DNA from: Chrysomallon squamiferum
Taxonomy: Eukaryota > Animalia > Mollusca
Assembly: GCA_012295275.1 (NCBI GenBank)
Contig: CM022679.1
Location: forward strand, 8,308,001 to 8,372,000
Length of the DNA stretch: 64,000 bases
Direction: 5' to 3'
Shown here: piece after piece, positions 46,301-60,006 of the stretch
How the letters are laid out: each line of letters begins with the position of its first letter
Position numbering within the stretch: position 1 is the stretch's first letter
The notes under the pieces: model-generated
What the model was told of the DNA's origin: nothing
The model's input: only the letters and a program-made list of their open reading frames with translations
The model's database searches: none
Translations under genes and position numbers: made by a program

Positions 46301-48706
46301 AATAATGATAATGTTATTGTGTATTTTGCTGGATTTACGTTTGTTTACGTATATACGTACTTAAAATCATTACATTTATGTTAACTGACAAAGGGTTTTT
46401 TCATACAGTATTGTTTTTGTTAGTAATTTTTGGTTGAACATTGAATACACTTTGTAGTATTAGTAATGTTAATTAGTAATTAAAACCAGTTCTCTTTATT
46501 TTACATTCTGGTACATACATACAGACTGGATGGATGAATATGTTAATATGGGGACATTTAACTTAAATTACAAAAACAGTTAAATGTAAATAAGAAATAC
46601 ATTTCTAATGACATTTAGAATTACTGCATATCCTTATTGTTCTTTTTAAAAATTAAATGTATTAAATCTTTTTTGGTTAAAAGCTGTCATCATTAAATAG
46701 TATTTAGGTTAAATAAACATCATCAAAGCTGAATATTTCTCCTACATATCAATACATTGTCATGCAATTGTTTATTAAGTTTCTAGTATGGCAGTACTTA
46801 AACTCTGAGACAATTCAAAAATTGAGTAATACTTCATTATCTGACAGGTGTGTATATGTTTCATGTGAAACACCAGACTGAAACTTGTTAGCATCTACAT
46901 GTTAAAAACATTTTCTTATTCACCAGACTCATTTAGAACCAACATGTTAATTCAAGTTTGAGAAAAATCTTAACACTGATTAGCCAGACTTGGCAGGATA
47001 GCAGTACTTGAACCATTAAAACCAGTACCAGTATTAATTAGACAGGGTTCAGTCCACAGTGTTTGAGGTTATTGCTTCAGAGTTGATTGGTTTTACATAT
47101 TTATGTTGGAAAATACACATATCAGATACACACATTTCACACAAGGTATGGTATTTAGTTTCATTTTGTTTTACATATATATATATTCAACATTTCAAAG
47201 GTCTTTATTACATTAACAGATGCAAGCAGATTAAGGATGCTTGTAAATATAAATATTTAAATATTTCATTTATTTATTAGCTGTTATTATTATTTTCATC
47301 AGAAAACAAATTATTTTATTTTTATTTAGGCATTATATTGTCTCTGTTTTTCTTCATGTCCTGTCTCTCTCTCTCTCTCTCTCTCTCGACATGTTGTATA
47401 ATTCTTAATTTTTTTGAGTGTACCTGTACTAACTCTGTATATAATAACAAACCTTTATGATAAATTTACACAATTCACTTAAATGAGACTCACGAATAAT
47501 GGTTTTATTTAAATAGCTACAAAAGGCACTTTAGTACTGAAACCAGTTTTAATTTACACTGTTGGACATTTGTGTGTGTGTCAGCATGTTAAACACCTTT
47601 GTAATTATGTCCATGAAGAAGATACATGCCTAAGCATTAATTGAACTCTGTACTTTGTGTGCATTAATATGAAAAAAGTAAACAACAGAACAGTAAATCA
47701 CTGATAGGAAGACATATATCAGGGTGTGGAGTATTTGACTGGATTACCGACGATATTCTGTCAAGAACATTGGCTGTTTTTGTCATCAAGAGTTCCATGC
47801 TTGTTAACAAAATATTGACTCTGCTTGTCAGAGGCAGTTTGGACACAGTGTGCTGTAGTGTAGTAATCGTTGGAGTTGTTTGTACAGTGGTACCTGTGCT
47901 GACATTATTCTCTAAATAACACACAACTGAAAACACTTGGAGTGTCTTGTTTAGAAGTCACGCAAACTTATATTAGTGCTTGAAGTGATGGACTTTTACT
48001 CACTGAACCACATGTGGTTCTGTAGTGGAAATCAGTGTCTATATGCTAGTATATATATGTGTATGTGTGTTTATATGTATGTATGTATGTGTATGTGTGT
48101 TTATGTATGTATGTATGTATGTAATGTATGTAATGTATGTTACGTATGTATGTATGTATGTATGTATGCATGCATGTATGTCATAGAACTTTTTAAAAAG
48201 TTTCTTATATGTATATCTGTATCTGTGTGTATGTATTTATATACATGTAAGTGTTTATAATTTCATAATTTAATATATCCAAAAATTACATTCAGATTTA
48301 TTTTCAGTTTATTCCCTTTTTTCTCTTCTCCTTTTTTTTTTAAAAAAAAAAAAACCTATTTATTATTTAAAAAAAATTCTTTATTCATTTTTATTACAAT
48401 TATTATTATTTTATTTATGCTCTTGAGGCATTTGAGTACATGCTGTATATATTTACAATCTTTTAACTACAGTAATAAATAACCCACGTGAGCAAGCAAG
48501 CAGACTTTCAAATCAGTCTATTCACTTGGAACAGTGTCACTAGAATTTAATAAAAAGCACTTTCTAGATTATTTGTGCTGAACAATGAATGTGGATATTA
48601 TTGCCAGACTATAATGTGACTGGAAATGAGATATATGTACATAACTAATTTACAACATAATTGTCAAGTGTCAGTTTTGATTTGTTGTACCCATACACAG
48701 TAAATA

Positions 48707-48741
<35 letters not shown>

Positions 48742-50736
48742 ACAAATAAACAAACAAACAAACAAACAAACAAACAAACAAAAATACAAACAAATATTTA
48801 TAGTTTTTGACAGAGTATATATATATAGTGTTCATGTTGAAAAAAGAGAGGTCCACATAAAAGATCCCTTGCTGCCGATTGACAAAAACAACTGACAAGC
48901 ACAAACAGTGGCTTTTGTCTCTTTATCACTGTGCAAAAAAAGCAGCAAATGCTTTTGATAGTCAGATAACTTTTAAAAAGTGTCTCGAAGTCATTAACTT
49001 CATTTATTCATTGTTCGATTTCGGTAACTTCAAAGAAATTACTAGAACAGATAATTGTGAAATATCACCCACTCATTTTCTGACTGTCTTCCAAGTTCAG
49101 CTATCTCATTCATTATTCCTCTCTGACTTCAAATAAAGAAGTTAAAAAAAACAACAAAAAACCCCCCTAGACAACTACAGAATATAAAAAAAAAAAAAAC
49201 AACAAAAAAAAGACAGAGAAGAAAAATGATAACTAAAACCAATTGCATTGAACTATAATTCTCAAATTGCACTTCACCTGTGAGGGTACATACACATGTT
49301 TAATGGTGGCGTGCAATAAAAAGAGATATCTAATAGCTTCACTTGATCCGAGTGTCACTGACAGGCTGTAGGTTATAGTCTGAATTACTTTCAGTGCTTC
49401 ACTTAGCTTTCTGATATGCACTGCTAAATATCCACCTATTTTGTCATTTATCACAACTCCATTCTTTGTCAGTTTTTTTTTTTTTTTTTTTTTTTCCCTC
49501 AGTATATTTTCAAAATTTTGTTTTCTTATATCAGAATGATTCAGATACACAAACATGTTGATGTGAGAAAACTGGGAAACTAAAAAGAGAGTTTTTGAAA
49601 TTTTATAATTTTTTTATTAGTTATTTTTGTGTGGCTTTTTGAATACTGGTGAGATTATTCAATACTGAATGTTAGTGTGTACGTGAATGAGAGAGTATAT
49701 ACTTCTTATCTGTGATAGATCTTTTAATATTAAAAAAAAACTTGACATACACTGATACAGGTAAAAATGAACTGATTTACTGCACTTTCTCCTTTTTTTA
49801 CTTTAGATAAGAAATATTTACATTACTCTACACATATCAATAACGATATTTAGAAGTTAAGTGCTTTAATAATGCCATATTGCGAGACCATTTCAAATCC
49901 TCATTAGTCAAACACTTTTTCTACAAGGCTAAACACATTTTGTTTTTGATGGAATAATTATAGACTTTTCATTATATTTGATTAACAAAAACAGAACAAC
50001 AGAAACAGATTTATTTATTGACAAACATTTATAAACACACACACACACTATACACACAAACCTTGTGTTTTTGTACTAGATCAAACTGAAGAATTAAAAT
50101 GAATAATGGAGGAGCTAGTCTTCTGTTGTGTTCGCCATGCTGCATAAGATCAATATCAGTGGTAACCTGTCTTGTTAAAATATAAATCTTACATGTTGAC
50201 ACGATTAGTATCTGCTGTCCCAGTACATCCTGACTGTTTAAGTAAATAATGCATTCTTTTAGAATTAATAATAAATGAACTTAAACCAACGAAACAAACA
50301 AAAAAAACCAACCAACCCAACCAAACAAAAAAACCAACAACAACACAGAATAGTACAGAAACTTAATTCATCCAGTTAAAATGACATAAAACTATATTAA
50401 TTAAATAGTTTGACAAGCAGTGCCTCTATAACATTTTTTATGTATTTAATGTATATATATACCTATATGTGCTTGTTTGTATTGTACGTATTGTAATCTT
50501 GGTGAATGAGCAAAACAGCCCACAGAGTGTTTCTCCTCTTTCTTTACACTGATAACTGAAGCACAGTGCAGGCTGGATTTACTCTCCATGTAAATCAGTC
50601 ATTTGAAAATAGGAAATCACTGCTGTCAGTTACATTTTCCCCAGCCTTCTGACTTTACACATAATGAGTTTGGGGATGGCGTTGCATCCTTGTTCGATTT
50701 TTTTCCCTTCCCTATCTCTTTATCCCATTAAGTTTC

Positions 50737-50767
<31 letters not shown>

Positions 50768-50960
50768 CCCCAAACATTTGCAGAAATGTGAAACTTTCTT
50801 TTTAAAAGATTTGTTTCTTTTCTTCTGCTACATTTTTGACATTTTTATATTTATCACGACAGTTTTTATTGGAGCTTACTTGGTTTGGTTTTGCTTTGTT
50901 GTAGAAATATAAGTCTGTGTTCAAGTAAGTACATGAATCTATGTTCATAACAGACACACA

Positions 50961-51000
<40 letters not shown>

Positions 51001-51792
51001 GGGTGGCCTAAAAGTTACTTTACTGTAATACAATATTAACACAGTATCATGAAAAATAAAATAAGAAGAATTAAAATAAAACAGAAAGAAAAAGAAAAAT
51101 AATAAAATAGCACATGAAATCTATCAAAAAAACATCCTATTTTTTCAACTGAAATATCACTGTTTATAAAATAAGTTTTATAGTAACATCTGGGCCACTG
51201 TGTGTGTGTCTGGAGTGTTTGTGTGAATAAATGAATGAATCTTTAATGACACCCCAGGACTAAATATATATCTGCCACTGGGTGTCAATATAACAAAACG
51301 GTGAATATTTTCTATACAAAAATTCAAAATTAGTCATGAATACGTGTGCATGCATGTATACTAACAGTGATACTTAGAGGGACAAGTGTCCTTGAGCTCA
51401 TTCATCAAAGTGATATAAAACAACATTAGACTCAGTCTTACACTGAGCTTGTTCAGTTTTCTCAAACTGTTTGTCTGTTAGAGGTATTCCATTGCTTTGC
51501 ACACAAAAATTGCACATTAAAAAAATGTTCCAGTTTAAAATCAAAACATTTAAAAACTGAATTCCCTAAAAAGTAATACATGACACTGTCTGATATTTTA
51601 TGTCCAAGATATGATATAAATATTAGTTTTTTCATAACCAAATGTCATTTATCAATACCTTTATGCAATAGATATCCTGTTTTTTGTTGTTTTTTTTGAA
51701 GAAATTATGACTGGTGAAAAATATCTGTTGGTGTCATAAATAAAATTTATGTGAAAAATAAATAAAACATTTTTTTAATAATTTTTGTTTTG

Positions 51793-51823
<31 letters not shown>

Positions 51824-52671
51824 TTCTATATTTAAGATATATCTGTTTAAAATATAAAATAAATAATAAAATGGCTCATAGTAAAACTATACTCTATTTA
51901 ACATTATTATTTGTTATTTTTATTTTATTATTATATTATTATTATTATTATTATTATTATTAAATATATATATATATATCTATATATTAAATGTTGACTG
52001 AATTTTAGTAATCATATTTGATAGCCCTTTGTTTTGAATTAGGAACATTATGATTGGTGTTACATTCATTCTGTATCTCCACATTCGAATTCACGCTACT
52101 TAACATAGAATATCTTGTTGATATTTTGTTTACAGATTACAATCATTTATACACGATATCACAGCTTTATTCAATTTCATATCCTGACATAATTCTTTTT
52201 CTTCTTTCTGTCACCGCAAGATTAAAGGTGCTTAAGGTTTCAGCTCGTATTACCTATAGTGTATCGTATTGTTATTTAACACCTGGCAAATGGCAGGTTG
52301 CTTCGAGTCGTTAATCTTTAATCCATCAATCACCTGGCTGGGTCATGTTCTGAATATTATGAGCACAAAGTGTTGGCCTGACACCACTGGGTGCCTCACA
52401 TTGTGGTCGTCTTCGGGTAAAGCTCCGTGTTATAGTCACAGCTCAATTAGGCACAACTGGCGATCCTCGTTTGTGTAGCAAATTGTATAAAAAGTTATTA
52501 AACAAATTGTCCTTAAATTTTGGAAGGTAACAAAGTTTATACAGTATATATATATTTGATTTTTTTAATCATACAGGAATCCATACTTCATCCTTATTTC
52601 TGTTATTTCATTTTTTTAATTTACAAATACCTCTGTCTTTGACGATTTCTTCTTTTTTCTTTTTCTCTTGC

Positions 52672-52744
<73 letters not shown>

Positions 52745-54082
52745 ACACATCAAAGAACAAGTTGTTAACATTTGGTCTATACTAAGCTCTGCCGTGTAAC
52801 AAAACTAGATAGAAAGGTAATTAGTGTTTTCAGATGTATCTCATGGTGGTCTGCTTGTATGACTTTCTAGATTTGTAGTAACTGTGTGTACAGAATTCCA
52901 CTTCCTTGCCTTAATGCTTGAAATCTGTCATAACACTGGAAATAGTTCAGTTTAATTATTTCAGATGAGTATACAAACTAGCTGATAATTTCTACTCGAG
53001 AAAATCCAAAACTCATTTTCTGTGGAATGTATAATAAAGTGAAAGAAATGTTTCTGTTAAAGTGTATTTAGGCTATGTCTGTAAGTATGTACTTAAGATT
53101 AAAATTGTTTGTTATGCATTTTTAAAAATAATTTTTGGTTACAGTATTAGTTAATTATTGTGTGTTAAGTGTACTGTTAAAGATATAGAGAAATAATAAT
53201 AATTGAAAAATAGCACATGTGAGTTACATTTTTTTTTCTTGTATAATATGTGAATTTACACTATTACTATTAGAGTCACCTAAAATATATTTTAAAAATA
53301 AACTTAATTTAACACAGTTTAAAGTGAACTTTGTAAATTTTTTATTTAAAATTGTTTTACTCATAATGTGAATGAACATTACTATAATTTGTCATAATTT
53401 AGTTGAGATAAAATGAATACTGTAATAATTAATTTAATTATGTTTGAAAAGTGTTCGCAGGTAATGTGAATGAACATTAAAATGATTTATTTTAAATGTA
53501 ATTACCGGTAATACGAATGCACATTATTATAATTTATTTTGAAACTAATTACAGCTGATGTAATTAAATGCTGTAAACATCTTAGCTAATGTGATTAAAC
53601 ACTAATATCTGATAACAGGTGATATAAATAAACATACAACTCTAATTAAAGGTGATATAATTTAAACAAATATATCCAATTATAGGTGATGTGACTAAAC
53701 ATTAATACCTCGTTACAGGTAATATAAACAAACATACATCTTATTACAGGTGATAAAAATAAACATAATATACATAATTACAGGTGTTATAAATAAACAT
53801 AATATACATAATTACAGGTGATATAAATAAACATAATATACATAATTACAGGTGACGTGAATGGGATAGAGATGCAGGTGATACCTCAGACTCAGTTTAT
53901 ACCTCTCCCCGATGCTCTCTGTCTCATCATCATGGATCTCAACAACCAGCGCGTCGTTGCCACCCTCGACACCATCTTTGAGAAACTGCAGCAGTGGTAC
54001 GGCGGCATGACGATGCCAGACAACCAGCTCATCTTCAACACCCTCAGTCACCTGGTACAGGAACGGAAAATATTCCACACAG
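43006..54082 (+). CDS. STOX1: Storkhead-box protein (STOX1/STOX2 family, winged helix), coding exons 43006-43381 and 53852-54082; continues past the window end
   Basis: Exon 1 has GKDLFDDFKLRNKTCYWNPSL...GYLGFV...LRSAWGRRVLKAPAGFSVVRIG, matching the STOX1 N-terminal pattern (CFWN..L, LRDAWRRRALRPPRGF). Exon 2, GDVNGIEMQVIPQTQFIPLPDALCLII...LSHLVQERKIFHTG, matches the storkhead winged helix (QSQFVPL..VLC, LIKERKIYHTG). The junction is phase-1 GT-AG. Confidence 0.9.
53360..53855 (+). repeat. ~32-34-bp minisatellite copying the STOX exon 2 acceptor
   Basis: ttacaggtgatataaataaacataatatacataa units, increasingly diverged with distance from the exon. Confidence 0.88.
53852..54082 (+). CDS. STOX1: STOX coding exon 2 (storkhead winged-helix domain)
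   Basis: attacag|GT GAC GTG ... CAC ACA G|GTACTT; GC-rich coding-like composition. Confidence 0.92.
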
Positions 54083-54191
54083 GTACTTCACTATTTCTTT
54101 AGAAGTTTTGTTTGACAGTCTATATGCTGTAAATATCATACTAAAATAAAACAGAAATTATTTCATACTGGTACGTTTATTTTGAGTTAGA

Positions 54192-54222
<31 letters not shown>

Positions 54223-55227
54223 TACCTGTATGGTTATATATGAAAATAAAGCATAACAATTATTTCATTATTTTTATTTTTATCTTTATCTTTATCTTTA
54301 TCTTTATCTTTATCTTTATCTTTATCTTTATCTTTATCTTTATCTTTATTTTTATTTTTTTTTTTTTTTTTTTTTTTGTTTTTTTTTTAAATTAAAATAG
54401 AGAATATAAAAATTTTTTTGAATTATTAATTTTAAATTTGTTTTTTTTTAAATATTTATTTATGTACATAATTATTTCATTGAAATTAAAAAAAAAATGT
54501 ACATACATATGTATTAAAATAAAAAAAAAAAATTTTAGTTAGGTCCATAACAATTTTTTCCCGTTTCTAACAAAAACATACACGCTGAAATACAACAGAA
54601 TACATTCCTTTGATATGAAATTATTTCACTGATATTTCTTATAACAATCACACACCCACATATACAGTATGAATACCCATATTTAATTTCTAGTTATTTG
54701 TATTTTAAAACTGCTAGTTTTTTTCTTACTTAAGAAATGACAGTTTTCTTTCACTAATCACCATTTGATAATATTTTTATTAAAATTCGTGTACACCAAG
54801 CTGTATTCTTACAGTGGCATACAGTATGCTTGATGCTGGTATGGTTTACGTGGGTTTTAGCTATATTTGGAAGTACCTGTAGATAGGGTTTCAAGTTGTG
54901 AACATGTATAAGGTAGAATTACATCATTTTATTTGTTTCCTAAGCATCTGTGGTTTTCAGCATCTGCATGGGGTCCCAAAACCACACACCTACAGATATG
55001 GTGGTCCCACTATATTTCGTTTCAAGCTATTTCTGGGCGGTAGATGTCATAACACACAGGCTGTTATTTCACTACTTGGATTTCAGCTATCTGTCCATGT
55101 AAGCATTAATATCTGTCTCAATTTACAGGTCTTTGCTGTCAACACCTGTGTTATTTTTAAACAAAATATATATATATATTTTTTTCTTCATCTTATTAAA
55201 GATGAATTATTATTTCCTTCACAACAA

Positions 55228-55275
<48 letters not shown>

Positions 55276-55913
55276 CTTCTGTTTAATGACAAATTGATTC
55301 CTACAGGAAAACATTTATTCAAACATTAGTTTCTGGCCAGTGCACACACAGTTTCCTAATTTATACACCAATAACCAGTCTGATCAATGTGCATCGCGCA
55401 CAGCCGAGCTAAACCCATGCACAAAAGGTATTACAGCTTCTAATCACATCCTCACCAGCGGTAATTGACATTTCAGTGATTTTTTTTTGCCAGGCCCTCT
55501 TTCTCCCCCTCTTTGATTTACTCAACGGTGACAATGCAATGCATATGCCTGGCTACATGGCCTGAGGCCAAAAGCCCAAAGGTTAATAATACCCAGGTTA
55601 TCCAATTGATGGCATTACAATATGTTGTGTTAAGCTGGGTTATCGGACACGGCTATCATAGCCAGCAGTGATTAATGTATCATGGTGGGGATGTGGACGA
55701 ATCAGTGATTCACAACATGTAACAGAATAAACCTTCTGTTGAGCAAATCAGGCATAATAATCAGACAGTGCCGTTATTGTTTCGTTTCACTAAGTGTTTG
55801 TTGTAACTGTCGTTATTGTTCTTGTTGTTGTTAAATTAGTCTCATCTACAGCCTCTTTACTGTTATTAATATTATTATTACTACTGCTGCTATTACTGCT
55901 ACTATTATTATTA

Positions 55914-55971
<58 letters not shown>

Positions 55972-56169
55972 CATTAAATTACTTTCATGATTATAATTAT
56001 CAATACTGATATTATTGTTGTTTTTCTTTATTTTTTATTACTGATTTTTAAAAATATTATTATTATTATTATTATTATTATTTATTTCCTTGTTAATTTT
56101 TTTTTTTTTTATGATTACAAGTGTTACTTGGAATTCATAAATCATCTAAAAAAAAAATCATAAATAGAA

Positions 56170-56360
56170 ATGGGTAGCAATACAGTGGTTAGAGCACTGG
56201 CCTGAGGCATGATGGGACACAGAATTAATCTTCTTTACTCATACCTTTTGGGCTTTTTTCCCAATCCACACTAATGCTCTTTGGCAGGTTTATCAGAAGC
56301 TATGGCATGTTCTTTTTTTCTAAAAAGATACATAAGCATTTGAAAGATTTATTGTTTTTT
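56170..56360 (+). mobile_element. Degenerate tRNA-derived SINE-like copy
   Basis: A-box-like cagtggttagagcactggcctgagg; related to 9435-9720, 23495-23630 and the aaagatcccttgctg core at 48860. Confidence 0.5.
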
Positions 56361-57430
56361 GATGACAGAAGTAATTCACGGAATGATTTCATGGCACTGA
56401 CTTCACATAAAAAAAGGTAGAAAAACTGTCACTTAATAAGCACGGTTAACATTCTTGACATTAAAATTCTTGGAAACGTTTCAAAACACTAACTCATCTG
56501 ACAAAAGCATTAAGAAATTTATAAACTCAATACAAAATTTCCATTAACTTCTTCATTTTCTTCTTCTAATCTCAAAAATACGGAACCAGACTGGTCATAA
56601 AAGGTCCTTGAGTTGTGTCCAGACAAACATCTGTTGTTCAGCAGTTCAAAAGCAAGATGAAAAGGAATGAAATACAATAAAAGTATTAATCTGGTTTTGT
56701 TCGAATTCAGTTAGAGCCTGGCCCAGCTGTGTTGAACGTTGACCATTACTGAGTTGATCTTCCAGTCAATTGACTAAAACTGAAATCACTCATATAAATC
56801 CTGATTGGACTCTGGGGTGCACTAAAATAAATCCTGTGCATTGAATGTACACCAAAGTGACTTGTTTCCAAGGCCAGTACGACTGTAGTGTTTAATGTGT
56901 CCATTGACGAGACATTTATTTTAGTGATTGGTGGATGGCAATCAGATTTTTAAAAAATAAATTGATTTGTATTTATTTATTCATACCTTTTCTTGTAATA
57001 AAGAAGGAAATAATGATAATAAATTTTATGGATATATATTTATAAATTGTACAGAAAGCTTTTAGATGACCAACTGCATAGAGATATTTTAATTTTTTTT
57101 TTTAATAAATGAAAGTACTTATATGACAAAAGTATATTACATAATTTTTTAGATGCCAAAAAAAAAATAAAAACAAATATTTACAAATTTGGTTATACTT
57201 CCAAAACTGTATTTAAATAACAAAATTTTTTTTTTTCTTTTTTTTAAAAATAATTGATTAATCTTTAAATGGAAGTTGATAACTTAGTTTTATTTTTGCC
57301 AAAGTTTACAAAATCTCATTATATATAGATACAAAATTTATCAGAATTTTTTAAAAAAAAAAAAACAAGAACAAAAAAACAAACCAAAAAAAACAACAAC
57401 AGAAAACAACAACAACCTTTAAGATAATAG

Positions 57431-57468
<38 letters not shown>

Positions 57469-59963
57469 GCTTTTTTGAACAGTTTTTAATTTTTTTTTTT
57501 TTCACAATCCAGTTACCCCATCCATCAAGAAATCTTGTTCTTAAACCTAATGACGTGATTACAACTAATTAATGATGGACAAGGCTCAATATTTATGGCC
57601 CCTGGTAGCAACAAAGTGTAAATTTATCCCCAGTAAGCGTAATTAGGGTTTGGCATGGGCTGGAGGTACACGGTGACAGCATGTGATTGGAAATGACAAT
57701 GAGGCTGTAGCAGTTAAGCTAGCATAACTACTTAAAAATGAAGACAAATTGCCTTTGTGTGCAAGACAGTGTGAAAACATACCAATAAATAAAAGTCCTG
57801 TCCTTTGACCTTTGTTCATTGCTCTATGATGATGACGGGAATGGAGTGTACAGTTGAGAAAATAAATTTATATTAATAATAATGATGATGATGATAATAA
57901 TAATAATAATACTAATAATAATATATTATAATAATAAAATATAACCTACAAAAGCAGAAAAATAAAATAAACATTTCTTCTTTTTTTTTAAATTTAAAAA
58001 GTAGTAGTAGTAAAATAAATAAATAATAATTTATAAAATGATAGTGAAATAATAATAATAATAACAATATTAAATATGTTAGTAATTTTTAAATTTTTAT
58101 ATTTTTACTTTTTTTTTTTAATATAAATATATCTTAATTAGGATGAACTATTAAAATATTTTCTTAAGGTACAACTTTCATTATTTTTCCTAAACATTTG
58201 TTTTGTTTTATTACTTTTTAACCATTCTGTTTATTTTATACTATTTTTTGACATGATTTGATTTGTGCTCACAAAATACACTTTTGTAACAAAAGTTGGC
58301 TGTCTGTGTCTGTACATACATGTTTGTGGGTGCATGGGAGTGGGCATGTGTGTGATCGTTTGGGTGCATGCTTGTGTGTGTGTGTGCGTGCATGCACGCT
58401 TTGGTAGTAAGCTCAATCCCAATACAAAATTCTTAAACCGAGTTAACATTTAATGTCTATAAAAATTTGAAGAATGTGTTGGGTGAAATTATTTTTACAA
58501 TGTAAAACATTAAACCACCCAAAAATCTCTGAACGGCAGTAACAAGGTAATACATTGTTTTAAAGCTGAATGAAGATAATAACAATGTAATATATTATCT
58601 GTATTATTATTTTTAATAGTCTTTTTTTTTTTTTTTTTTTTTTTATACTTTTTTCTCTCATTTAATAAATTTGAAAGATTCGTTAAGATTGCCATGTTTT
58701 ATTTTTAGATATTATTTCACAAAATAAATTGAGATTTATATTCTTTTATATTAAGCCTTAATGTGAAGTTTTATAAAAAAAAAACACACACACACACACC
58801 AGAAAACAGCATTTGAATAAGATTATAAATCATTGCCAAATAGCAAATTAAAAAAAAAAAAAAAAAAATGAAGAAGAAGAAGAAGAAAGTAAATTTCTTC
58901 TGACACTGCCTAAAAGAATTTAGAATTTTTTTTAATTTTTTCTACTGATATTCCAAGTAAATTGTTTGGAGGATTAGTCACCCATCATTTGGCTTTGTTC
59001 AGAAGACTCACTTGCCTCTGGAGGAAGCCATTTTATTGCATTTTGACAAACTGCTCACTGCCCCTGCTTTCTGCAGCATATTTCTTTTTCTTTACAACTC
59101 CCATCTTGTGATTTTATTACCCAAGCTCTTGAAAGAAAAAAAAAAAAGATAGAAGAAAAAAAATGATCTGCGCAATCACAGTAATGGAACTCCATGTCTC
59201 CACCACAAATTGTATATTACAGTCTTTTTTTTGTCAACGAGTTTAGCCGGATTTTTCTTTATCTTTTTTTTTTTTTTTTCCTCTCTCTCTTTCTTCTTCT
59301 TCTTCTCTTGTTTATGGACAGACTTTTCATATTGTAATTTTCTTAAACTCATTTTGATGGTCTTTTTCGGTCAGGCTGTTTTCAATAAAACGATTTTAAC
59401 ATGAAAAAGATATAAAAGCAGGCGATTGCTTTACGATATTCATCCATTTTTTATTTCTATTTTTTTTTATAACTAGACCCAAAATGAAAAATAGAAATTG
59501 CTGATTATGATAATCATTATTATTATTATTATTTTTTAGCATAATGTTAGTGATCATTTGTTCATGCATCATAACTGGTTTTTTGAAAACCCCCACTTAA
59601 AAATCTCCCCACACACACACACACAAAAAAAAAAAAAAACACAACAAAAAACGTGACAGTGATGAAAGGGAGTGTTTAAACAGTGCGACACATTTTCTGT
59701 TAATGAACTAATTCATCAGTTGTTCTCACATCTGAAATGCTGTGGCGACTTTATTGCTGCTGACTCAGGTGTGATGACGACTTGCATGCAGTGGCAGCAG
59801 TAATTGACATAAAATTGCCATTATCCTCGGAAATTGTCCATTTGGCTTGTTAAAGCCGTCATAAAACCCAGAAATCAGCCACGCTGTGGATTTGGTCCTC
59901 GTGTATGAAGTCAGCGATGGCAGTGGAGAATCTGGCTTGAAGCCAGTTTCATTACTAAATGGA

Positions 59964-60006
<43 letters not shown>

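Noticed and set aside
47664-47936. Open frames on both strands in a balanced-composition patch of STOX intron 1
   Set aside because: No recognisable homology or convincing splice sites; more likely non-coding
55794-56009. Poly-Leu 'membrane protein' ORFs (also 21183, 25532, 3498)
   Set aside because: They arise from (TTA)n microsatellites
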